Below, piece after piece: positions 39,403-47,871 of a stretch of DNA of 64,000 nucleotides. Position 1 is the stretch's first letter. Each line of letters starts with the position of its first letter. Below the pieces are notes generated by a model. That model was not told the DNA's origin, did not search any database, and was given only the letters and a program-made list of their open reading frames with translations. This stretch comes from Nanohaloarchaea archaeon B1-Br10_U2g1. Lineage in GTDB: Archaea > Nanohalarchaeota > Nanosalinia > Nanosalinales > Nanosalinaceae. The translations under genes and the position numbers were made by a program. The stretch spans positions 32,001 to 96,000 of the forward strand of contig LKMN01000001.1 of NCBI GenBank assembly GCA_001563875.1, written 5' to 3'.

Positions 39403-41187
39403 CTATTCTTCGTAGTACTCATCTCTCTTCCTCTGTTCCTTATCTTTCTGGCTGTCTGGCTTGTTCGCTCTTGGTCTGCCTGTCTCTGGGTCTTTCCGGA
39501 AGGTGACACCCACTTCTTTCAGGAAATCATTTACTGCTTCACCTATCTTCATTGGCTTGGTCGATTTCCCGTGTTCTCCGGACTCACCTTTGAATACTAT
39601 CCCTCTATCTGCCATATAGTCAAGCATTAGCAGATCGTGGTCAATAATCATCAATGGTTTCTCTGTTTTTCTTGCATAGTTTTTCAACATCTTGCCAAGT
39701 TTTACACGTGATTCAACATCCAAGTATGCTGAAGGCTCATCCAAGAGATACAGGTCCGCGTCTTTAGCTAGACAGATCGCTATTCCTACTTTCTGTAGTT
39801 CTCCACCTGAAAGTTCGTTAAGGTTTTTCTCGTATAGTTTTTCTAGTTCCAAAGGTTTTGCTATACGGTTCTCAAACCTTTTGTTATCAAGGGAGGTATG
39901 CTGTGATACTACATTCGCTACAGTTGTGTTAGAGGACTCTAGGTACTGTGGTTTGTACGAGATTGATAGGTCTAGAGCTTCTCCATTGTCCGGGCTTATT
40001 GCTCCGGCCAACATCTTTGCGAAAACCGTTTTTCCTAGCCCGTTTTCTCCAAAGATTGCAAGAATCTCTTCTTCATGTATACTGCCGGGAGCAGTCTCAA
40101 GTTCGAACTCGTTTTCTCCAAAGTCTTTCCTCATCTCTGGGAACTCGGCAACAGTTTCTTTCCTCTCAACTTGTGATCTTTTGGAACGGTCAAACTTTAT
40201 CTCGTCGGCTCTGAAACGGACGTTGTGGGTTGGAAGGTAGCCTTCTAAGTAACGGTTTACTCCTTCCTTACTTGACAGAGAGTCGGACACCATCCCGTAG
40301 CTGGCTTGATCTCCGTAGAAGATATGTATGTTGTCTGAGATCAGGTCCAGTGTAGCCAGATCGTGTTCTACAGCCATAACACTTTTCTTCTCTCCAAGCT
40401 TCCGAATTTCTCTACCGGTCTTAAGTCTCTGTTTAACGTCTAGGAAGGACGACGACTCGTCGAACATGTAGAGATCTGCGTCTTTAAGTATGGTCGAGGC
40501 TATTGCGACCCGCTGTAGTTCTCCGCCTGAGAGCTGTTCGAGCTTTCTATCCAGTAAATGAGCTATGTCAAGTTTTTCTGCAACTTCGTTGAGCTGTTCT
40601 TCATCGATATTTTCTAAAAGTTCTTGGACCTTACCGCTGTATACATCAGGTAGCTTTTCAACCTGTTGTGGCTTATAAGCCGATTTTACGTCTTCTTCAA
40701 GTTTCTCAAAATGTGTCTGTAGCCCTGTACCCCTGAACTCTTTAGTTACCTCTTCAAGTTTAGGAGGGTCTTCGTAATCTCCAAGGTTGGGTAGTATGTC
40801 GCCACTAAGTATCTTAAGTGAAACAGATTTTCCTATACCGTTTTTACCTATCATCCCTACTACTCGGCCACTGTCTGGCACAGGCAAGCCATAAAGTCTG
40901 AAACTGTTTTCGCCGAACTGATGGATTTTCTCCCCTTTTTCGTGAGGGAGCTGTATCATCTTTATAGCGTCATCGTAGGGATACTTGTTAATAGCCATCT
41001 TATGAGCTTCCATCACGTCTTCATCATCTATATGTAGCTCTCCTTCCTCTGTGAGGTAGAAACCTCCTTCTTTCCCCGCTCTATTTAAAGGATCAAAGTT
41101 GATTACGGTCTCTCTAGCTAAATCAGGCTCTATCTGTTCCTGATCGACTACTACAATAAATTTTTTCGAGTTTTTGTCAGTAGACAT
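39403..41187 (-). CDS. rli: Ribosome recycling factor ABCE1/RLI lacking Fe-S cysteines
   Basis: Twin ABC domains (GKNGIGKS, GENGLGKT, LSGGELQ x2), FRLYGLP, TFRKDPETGRPRANK. Confidence 0.95.
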   Translation of the reverse strand: MSTDKNSKKFIVVVDQEQIEPDLARETVINFDPLNRAGKEGGFYLTEEGELHIDDEDVMEAHKMAINKYPYDDAIKMIQLPHEKGEKIHQFGENSFRLYGLPVPDSGRVVGMIGKNGIGKSVSLKILSGDILPNLGDYEDPPKLEEVTKEFRGTGLQTHFEKLEEDVKSAYKPQQVEKLPDVYSGKVQELLENIDEEQLNEVAEKLDIAHLLDRKLEQLSGGELQRVAIASTILKDADLYMFDESSSFLDVKQRLKTGREIRKLGEKKSVMAVEHDLATLDLISDNIHIFYGDQASYGMVSDSLSSKEGVNRYLEGYLPTHNVRFRADEIKFDRSKRSQVERKETVAEFPEMRKDFGENEFELETAPGSIHEEEILAIFGENGLGKTVFAKMLAGAISPDNGEALDLSISYKPQYLESSNTTVANVVSQHTSLDNKRFENRIAKPLELEKLYEKNLNELSGGELQKVGIAICLAKDADLYLLDEPSAYLDVESRVKLGKMLKNYARKTEKPLMIIDHDLLMLDYMADRGIVFKGESGEHGKSTKPMKIGEAVNDFLKEVGVTFRKDPETGRPRANKPDSQKDKEQRKRDEYYEE

Positions 41188-41276
41188 ATTTAGAGGACGT
41201 GTAAGAAAGATTAATTAAACCATTTGAAGGATTTGGTTGGTAAGAAAGTTATAATGAAATAAAGGAAAGAAGGTTT

Positions 41277-41780
41277 TTACTCAAAGGCGAGCTGGTATTT
41301 CTCTCCTGTTACTTCGTCGATGATCTCTTCGAACTCTCCGACGGATAGGTTGATTTTTCCTTCGTAGTCGTCGTCTACAACGATCTTCTTACTCTGTCCT
41401 TCAGGTGAGAATACTGTGTTGACGGACTCTACTTCTGCCGGTGAGAGAAGTCCTTTAATGGTCTCTATATCTTCTGGAGCCTTCTCTACCACTCTTATTG
41501 ATTTATCGACCTGGTCTGCTATCTTCTTGACAATCTCTCCACTTCTGCCGACTACTTTAGCGCCGTCACCTTCCTCTGTAATGATTACGATGACGTTATC
41601 CATGTCGAAGATTTTAAGAATTTCTGAGTCTCTGAGAGATGCGTGTTCTTTGCTCAGATCTTGGAGTATACGAGATACCTCTACATCTGTCTCTGTTATC
41701 TCGCCATTTTCCAGTTTATCCTCGCACCCGCTACAGAGCACATCACTCTTTAGACATACATTACATATTGGAGCCTTCAT
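41277..41780 (-). CDS. NusA-like KH protein with N-terminal Zn finger
   Basis: PICNVC..LCSGC, KH loop VVGRSG. Confidence 0.8.
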   Translation of the reverse strand: MKAPICNVCLKSDVLCSGCEDKLENGEITETDVEVSRILQDLSKEHASLRDSEILKIFDMDNVIVIITEEGDGAKVVGRSGEIVKKIADQVDKSIRVVEKAPEDIETIKGLLSPAEVESVNTVFSPEGQSKKIVVDDDYEGKINLSVGEFEEIIDEVTGEKYQLAFE

Positions 41781-41874
41781 ACAACAGTTTGGCACTGTCA
41801 AGAATTAAATAGTTGAGGAGAGAGATCTTCCTTTCTCCAAGCTTTGCTCAAAGTCTACTTCTAACCTGTTGTAG

Positions 41875-42384
41875 CTAAAAATCTGTCTTTCTGTAAGTCA
41901 TGCTCACAATGTCGTACAATGATGCGGCAGTTAACGCTGCCAACCCGTAGAAAAGGAAATAGACGTTTACAGAATAAAGTATAAACCCTATAGAGAGCAT
42001 AACTAGTCGAGCCTCATGACCTATAACCGGTTGAACCGTCTCTCTCAACTCCTTAATGAAGCCGTTTCTAACAGTGTAAGTCATGAGAACTGCTGCTATA
42101 GATAAGGCTTTGAGGTAAGGAGGTATTATAGGTGAGAGAACTGCTCCAAAAATAAGGATTGATTCATAGAATGGAGGTAGTAAAACAAGCATTATACGCG
42201 TGTTTGATGTTTTACCAGTCTTCCTAGATTCTTTGAAACATAGACGGGATGAAAAGAGGACTCCGATAACAAGAAGCCCGCTCAGAGCCGAAGTATGTCT
42301 GCCAGGATGGTTTAACATCAGAGCTGAAAATATAGATAAAACCAGTGTCAAAACAGCATAGAGATGTAATCGGTTGTAATTCAC
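41875..42384 (-). CDS. Membrane protein (possibly degenerate CDP-alcohol phosphotransferase fold)
   Basis: Five to six TM segments; no DG-x-AR catalytic motif. Confidence 0.6.
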   Translation of the reverse strand: MNYNRLHLYAVLTLVLSIFSALMLNHPGRHTSALSGLLVIGVLFSSRLCFKESRKTGKTSNTRIMLVLLPPFYESILIFGAVLSPIIPPYLKALSIAAVLMTYTVRNGFIKELRETVQPVIGHEARLVMLSIGFILYSVNVYFLFYGLAALTAASLYDIVSMTYRKTDF

Positions 42385-42426
42385 GTGTTCAATTCTTTAG
42401 AACCAAAGTTTTACCGTTTTCGGTGC

Positions 42427-42448
42427 AGAGAAAAATAAAAAGAAAATA
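42427..42448 (-). terminator. U-rich terminator of ftsZ
   Basis: Minus strand TATTTTCTTTTTATTTTTCT directly after long stem. Confidence 0.6.
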
Positions 42449-42560
42449 CAGACCTCCGTTAAGGGGGGGAGGGGAGTGTTCTTTGAAGACCGACGGGGTT
42501 TAATGTTTTCCATCGGCCTCCAAGGGGACGGAGGTCTGAGGGGTATTAAAGGGGGAAATA
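42449..42560 (-). ncRNA. Structured C-rich ftsZ 3' element
   Basis: 11 bp outer stem CAGACCTCCGT/ACGGAGGTCTG, 14 bp inner stem with three G-U pairs on minus strand, unpaired C tracts. Confidence 0.6.
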
Positions 42561-42573
42561 TAAATTGTGAATA

Positions 42574-43635
42574 TTATTTCATAACCTCGAGACCGAGATC
42601 GTTTACGTCGCTTACCTCGGCTTCTTGTTCTTCTTCAACTTCTCCAAGCACGTAAGGAGATTTTACGCCGGTTATAATCGATATTACCTGAAGTTTGCCT
42701 TCCAGTTCTTCTCTAACTCTTGCGCCCCAGATTACTTGTGCTTGAGGGTCAAGGTTGTTTTGAACTGTTTGGCCTACTGCGTTGATTTCATTCAGTGTTA
42801 GGTCTTGTCCGCCCGCTACGTGTAGGAGGGCTCCGTTTGCACCGTCGAACTCTACGTCGAGCAGAGGGTTTGATAGTGCTTCATGGATTGCTTCTTCTCC
42901 TTTGTTGTTTGTGTCGCTTTCTCCGTATCCTACTACTGCGACGCCTCCTTCGTTCATGATTGCTTTGACGTCTGCGTAATCTAGGTTGACCAGTGAAGGT
43001 TTGCTGATTGTTTCTGTTACTCCTTTGATCATGGTTGTGATCAGTTCATCTGCAACTCCGAATGCTTGGTCTAGCGGCATATCTCCAGCGATATCGAGTA
43101 GTTTGTCGTTTTCGATTACGATTGCTGTGTCTACGTGCTGTCTTAGTTTGTATAGCCCTTCTTCTGCTTTGCTCATTCTTGCGCCTTCTATTTCGAAAGG
43201 CATGGTTACTGTTCCGATTACGATACAGTCTTCTTTTTTAGCGATTTCTGCTAGAACTGGTGTAACTCCTGTTCCTGTTCCTCCTCCTAGTCCGCATGTC
43301 AGGAAGACCATGTCTGCGTCTTTGAACAGGTTTCTTAGCTCTGCACGGTTTTCTTCTGCTGCTCGTGCTCCTTTTTCTGGATGTCCTCCTGCGCCAAGTC
43401 CTTTTGTCAGGTCTCGTCCTACTAGGATTTTTCTGTCTGCTGAGGACATTTCTAGGTGCTGTTTATCTGTGTTGATTACAACTGTCTCTGCACCTTCTAC
43501 ATCTTTCTTTTGGATACGTGTGACTTGGTTGTTGCCTGCGCCTCCGGCACCGACTACCAAGATTTTAGCATCTTTTACGTCGTCCAGATTTTGAACGTCT
43601 TTTTCCGACTTCGTATTATTGATTATTGATTCCAT
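42574..43635 (-). CDS. ftsZ: Cell division protein FtsZ (FtsZ2-like)
   Basis: GAGGAGNN, NTDKQHL, GGGTGTG, NLDYAD. Confidence 0.97.
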   Translation of the reverse strand: MESIINNTKSEKDVQNLDDVKDAKILVVGAGGAGNNQVTRIQKKDVEGAETVVINTDKQHLEMSSADRKILVGRDLTKGLGAGGHPEKGARAAEENRAELRNLFKDADMVFLTCGLGGGTGTGVTPVLAEIAKKEDCIVIGTVTMPFEIEGARMSKAEEGLYKLRQHVDTAIVIENDKLLDIAGDMPLDQAFGVADELITTMIKGVTETISKPSLVNLDYADVKAIMNEGGVAVVGYGESDTNNKGEEAIHEALSNPLLDVEFDGANGALLHVAGGQDLTLNEINAVGQTVQNNLDPQAQVIWGARVREELEGKLQVISIITGVKSPYVLGEVEEEQEAEVSDVNDLGLEVMK

Positions 43636-43685
43636 TTGAACACCACGGCATCAGTATGCCTAACTTTTTTAAAGCGGCATATCTA

Positions 43686-43842
43686 ATTCTACCTTAGAAT
43701 AAGTCAAATTCAAGCCCAACTTGAATGCCCAAATGTGATTTCGGATTCAACGCCCAAATCGAATCCGGTTCGATCATACTCGCGCCCAAACGAGTGTTGA
43801 TCAGTAGTCTCGAGTTCGTGGCCCAACACGAACACAAGATTA
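43686..43842 (-). ncRNA. Array of UUGGGC-loop hairpins upstream of ftsZ (5' leader or sRNA)
   Basis: Five TTGGGC motifs; four cap stems of unrelated sequence; G-U pairs valid only on minus strand. Confidence 0.7.
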
Positions 43843-43870
43843 ATGTTATATTCTAACCTTTAGTTGCCTA

Positions 43871-43884
43871 GTTTATAAAAGTTT
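43871..43884 (-). promoter_or_regulatory. TATA box for ftsZ leader RNA
   Basis: Minus strand AAACTTTTATAAAC about 30 nt before first hairpin. Confidence 0.6.
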
Positions 43885-44022
43885 GTCTTACTTCGTACAA
43901 TCCAAGCTGTTCAATGTCTTTGAACAGTTACTGTTCATAACCGTTCATAGAACCCATATTTTTGCACTATGCTGTTTCCACTTATGGTTACAAAAAGCTT
44001 TATTACACCAAACATTCTTAGG

Positions 44023-44301
44023 ATGGTAGAAAAGACTGAGGTAAAAAAGGTTTCGGAAAACGCACGTATCAACCTGTCTGAAGAAGAGACAGAAAAGTTC
44101 TCAAAAGAGTTTGAAACTATTCTTGAAGTATTCAATAAACTTGAAGAGATAGATACAGAGAACGTAGAGCCGGCATTCCATCCTATAGACGTAGAACCGG
44201 AGAAAAGAGAAGACAACGAAGAAGAAACTCTAACTGAAGAGGAAGTCTTCCAAAACACTGAAAATGAAGAAGAAGGATGGTTTAAAGGCCCTAGCGCATA
44301 A
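44023..44301 (+). CDS. gatC: Amidotransferase subunit GatC
   Basis: ARINLSEEE, IDTENVEP, REDN, GWFKGP. Confidence 0.92.
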   Translation: MVEKTEVKKVSENARINLSEEETEKFSKEFETILEVFNKLEEIDTENVEPAFHPIDVEPEKREDNEEETLTEEEVFQNTENEEEGWFKGPSA

Positions 44302-44310
44302 ATACACGTT

Positions 44311-44799
44311 ATGAAGATAGGAGTAATATCTGATACACACGACAATATTGAAGTAACTAAAAATGCTTTAGAACACTTCTCAGACAAAGAGGTGGACGTT
44401 GTCATCCACTGTGGAGACATGGTAGCTCCTTTTACAGCTGAACTTTTCGATAAAGACTTCGATTTCTATGCAGTGAAAGGAAACAACGACGGCGAATGGA
44501 GTCTAAGAGAAACTGTTGAAGAGTTCGGAACCTGGCTAGGGGATATAGGAGAACTTGAATTCGAGGGATACAGTATCGCGGTCTACCACGGAACAGAACA
44601 GGCAATAGTCGAATCACTGGTCTCTTCTGGAAAGTACGACTACGTTCTGAGAGGTCATACCCATACGAAAACTATACGTGAACAAGACGGCACAATCGAA
44701 CTCAATCCTGGAGGTATAAAGCTCCCTGAGAGCTCAGAAGAGTTCCATATAGCTGTTCTAGATCTTGATACAGGCAATATAAGGCTTCACAAAGTCTGA
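44311..44799 (+). CDS. YfcE/MJ0936-type metallophosphoesterase
   Basis: SDTH, HCGD, GNND, HG, GHTH, NPG. Confidence 0.92.
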   Translation: MKIGVISDTHDNIEVTKNALEHFSDKEVDVVIHCGDMVAPFTAELFDKDFDFYAVKGNNDGEWSLRETVEEFGTWLGDIGELEFEGYSIAVYHGTEQAIVESLVSSGKYDYVLRGHTHTKTIREQDGTIELNPGGIKLPESSEEFHIAVLDLDTGNIRLHKV

Positions 44800-44872
44800 T
44801 CGGCACTAGTTTGAAGAGTTCTGATACTTCACAAAGAACCACGGGCTTTAACGGTAAGACTTATTTCAGTAT

Positions 44873-45049
44873 ATGGAGAAGAGTCTAAACAAGAGTATGG
44901 AAAAAAGAACAGTGCTTCAATGTCCCAAATGCGGAGGAAAGATGGAGTTTAAAGGTTACAGGCCGTTGTTTCCTGACTGTGAGAGATGCGGTTTAAGCCT
45001 CCATGTAGATGAATGTGATGAGCAGCAGTTTAAGACGCAATTAGATTAA
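44873..45049 (+). CDS. Small CPxCG zinc-finger protein (alt. start 44897)
   Basis: Not in track; ...LQCPKCGGKM...DCERCG... Confidence 0.7.
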   Translation: MEKSLNKSMEKRTVLQCPKCGGKMEFKGYRPLFPDCERCGLSLHVDECDEQQFKTQLD

Positions 45050-45079
45050 TTTTTAAGATTCGCTAGTGAAATCGACTCT

Positions 45080-46456
45080 ATGGGTATAAAGCAGATAGTA
45101 GAAGAGAACAAAGAGTTTGAACATTCAAAGTTCTTGGATGAACTGAGATCAAAAGACTCTAAGCTAAACTTCATGAGGGAGACAGTCGAACCTGAAGAGA
45201 ACAACGGTGATCTGAATGGAGTACCATTTGTCGTAAAAGACGCTATCTGCACAGAAAATGTTGTAACATCTGCAGGCTCAAAAATAATCGAAGACTACAA
45301 ACCAGTTTTTGATGCAACAGTTGTCAAAAAACTGAAAAAGGAAGGAGCAACCTTCTACGGTAAAACAAATCAAGACGAATTTGGATTTGGAACATTCTCA
45401 ACCAACTGCGCGTTCGAAACTCCAAAAAACCCTCACGACTCTGAAAGAGTTGTTGGAGGTAGCAGTGGAGGCGCAGGGGCAGTAGTAGCCGCAACAGATT
45501 ACCCAATAATCTCGATAGGAGAGTCTACAGGAGGTTCGATAACAAATCCTGCAGCATACAACGGGGTTATAGGGATAACACCTACCTATGGAAGAGTATC
45601 ACGTCAAGGACTAATAGACTATGGAAACTCGCTGGACAAGATAGGAGTACTCACGAAAACAGTTTATGGTGCAGCTAAAGGGCTGGAAGTAATATCTGGC
45701 CACGATAAAAACGATCAGACAACAGTGAAAGGCGCAGTGCCTGCGTTTTCAAACAATCTTGAAGAGAGAGAGGACCTGAAGATTGGTGTACCAAAACAGT
45801 ATATAGAGTTAGAGGGTATGGAAGAAGGAGTAAGAAAAAATTTTGAAGAGTCACTAGAGTTCTTTAAAGATCAAGGCTTCACAGTTGAGGAAGTTGACGT
45901 GCCACTGCTTGATGCAGATTACTCTGTAGCAGCATACTATGTTATAGCAATGGCTGAAGCTTCAACTAACTTAGCAAGATTTTCAGGGATTCGTTACGGA
46001 ATGGAGTTTGATACAGAGGAATACTCAGACTTCAATGAATACTTTTCAAAAGTTAGAACGGAAGGGTTTGGAGAAGAAGCTAAAAGAAGAATACTACTGG
46101 GAACATACACTAGACAGGCTGGTTACAGAGATCAGTATTATGTCAAAGCTGCGAAAGTTCGACGTAAGATAATCAACCAGCTAAAGGAAATATTCCAGGA
46201 TTATGATGTACTAATATCTCCTTCAATGCCTAATATAGCACCAAAGATAGAGGAAGCAGAATCAATGAGTCCTGAAGAAGTGTACGCAATGGACACACTT
46301 ACAGTAGGCCCGAACCTTGCCGGTATGCCTATGATATCAGTACCCAACGGAACCTCTGAAGGTATGCCAACCGGTTTACACGTAATAGGAGATCACTTCG
46401 AAGAACAAAAGATACTTGACGTTGCGTACACTTTTGAGAGAGGTGAGAAGAAGTGA
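45080..46456 (+). CDS. gatA: Amidotransferase subunit GatA
   Basis: VKD, GKTNQDEF, GGSSGG, GFGEEAKRRILLG. Confidence 0.95.
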   Translation: MGIKQIVEENKEFEHSKFLDELRSKDSKLNFMRETVEPEENNGDLNGVPFVVKDAICTENVVTSAGSKIIEDYKPVFDATVVKKLKKEGATFYGKTNQDEFGFGTFSTNCAFETPKNPHDSERVVGGSSGGAGAVVAATDYPIISIGESTGGSITNPAAYNGVIGITPTYGRVSRQGLIDYGNSLDKIGVLTKTVYGAAKGLEVISGHDKNDQTTVKGAVPAFSNNLEEREDLKIGVPKQYIELEGMEEGVRKNFEESLEFFKDQGFTVEEVDVPLLDADYSVAAYYVIAMAEASTNLARFSGIRYGMEFDTEEYSDFNEYFSKVRTEGFGEEAKRRILLGTYTRQAGYRDQYYVKAAKVRRKIINQLKEIFQDYDVLISPSMPNIAPKIEEAESMSPEEVYAMDTLTVGPNLAGMPMISVPNGTSEGMPTGLHVIGDHFEEQKILDVAYTFERGEKK

Positions 46457-47871
46457 GCGAGGAAACCGATGTAATGATAGGGCTGGAAACACATATACAG
46501 CTGGATACGGACACGAAACTGCTATGCGGCTGTCCAAACAAAGAAGCTGAAGAACCTAACAGTCACGTCTGTCCAACATGTCTAGGCCATCCGGGAAGCA
46601 AGCCAAGACTGAACAAAGCAGTACTGGACAAAGCAGTGAAAACCAGTCTAGCACTAGGCTGTGAAGTCAATAAAGATATCTTCTTCTCACGTAAGACATA
46701 CTTCTACCCGGATATGTCTAAAAACTATCAGATAACACAGTATGAAATCCCTGTGGGAGAGAAAGGCGAGCTAGAAGTAAAAATAGAGGATGAGAAAAAA
46801 CAAATCGGTATCACAAGACTTCATATAGAAGAAGATCCGGCAAAAATGAAACACGTTGGCGGAGACATAGGAAACTCTAAATACACACTTGTAGATTACA
46901 ATAGGGCCGGTACTCCTTTACTAGAAATTGTTACCGAACCTGACTTTGAGTCGCCGGAAGAGGCAAGAGCATACCTTCAGCAGCTAGCACAGATATTTGA
47001 GTATCTTGGACTTTACAGCCCGGATTCAGACTACGCAATTAAAAGCGACGCCAATATCTCAATCGAGGGTGGAGAAAAAGTTGAAGTCAAAAACATTACA
47101 GGAACATCTGAGGTAGAGAAAGCGTTAAGCTACGAAATCTCACGTCAGAAACAGATGACACGTAGGGGCCGAGAAATCAGACAACATACGAGAAGCTACA
47201 ACGCAGACATGGCTTCGACAAAGAAAATGAGAGACAAAGAAACCGAAGAAGACTACGGATACATCTTCGATCCGGATCTGACAAGACAGGAACTAGACAA
47301 AGAGTACCGGGAAAAAATTAAGTCTGATATTCCGGAACTCCCTCATGAGAAATTTGAACGTTTCCAAGATGAGTACGGCCTAACAGATAAACTTGTGGAG
47401 TCGCTTATAACTGAGCCTGAAATGGCTGAAGATTTTGAAGCTTTGGTTGGCAAACATGGACCAGAACTGCCGGCTTCATGGATGGCAGGAGAGTTAAAGA
47501 AAACACTTAACTATAATGAAACATCTTACTCTGAATCGGATATCCAGAGAGGCTGGCTCTCTGAACTTTTCAGGCTTTTAGAACAAGACGAAATATCAGA
47601 TAGAAACGCAGAACAAGTTCTGAGAGAGATTGTCGACGATCCAAGAAGTACTGAGAAAATTGTTCAAGAAAAGGATTTATTGAAAGCTGAAGAGTCAGAG
47701 ATAGACTCTATTGTAATAGAGGTTGTTGAACAAAACTCCGACGCTGTTGAAGACTACAGGTCAGGAGAAGAAGGAGCAATTAACTTCCTAGTAGGACAGG
47801 TTATGCAGAAAAGCCAAGGAAAAGCTGATCCTAAAACAGCACGTGAGAAAATAACTGAAGAGATAGAATGA
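46453..47871 (+). CDS. gatB: Amidotransferase subunit GatB
   Basis: IGLETH, RKTYFYPD, HIEED, DYNRAGTPLLEIVTEPD. Confidence 0.97.
   Translation: MSEETDVMIGLETHIQLDTDTKLLCGCPNKEAEEPNSHVCPTCLGHPGSKPRLNKAVLDKAVKTSLALGCEVNKDIFFSRKTYFYPDMSKNYQITQYEIPVGEKGELEVKIEDEKKQIGITRLHIEEDPAKMKHVGGDIGNSKYTLVDYNRAGTPLLEIVTEPDFESPEEARAYLQQLAQIFEYLGLYSPDSDYAIKSDANISIEGGEKVEVKNITGTSEVEKALSYEISRQKQMTRRGREIRQHTRSYNADMASTKKMRDKETEEDYGYIFDPDLTRQELDKEYREKIKSDIPELPHEKFERFQDEYGLTDKLVESLITEPEMAEDFEALVGKHGPELPASWMAGELKKTLNYNETSYSESDIQRGWLSELFRLLEQDEISDRNAEQVLREIVDDPRSTEKIVQEKDLLKAEESEIDSIVIEVVEQNSDAVEDYRSGEEGAINFLVGQVMQKSQGKADPKTAREKITEEIE

Noticed and set aside
43700-43842. CRISPR array or tandem repeat
   Set aside because: Only a 6 nt loop repeats; spacing is irregular, stems are unique and no cas genes are present
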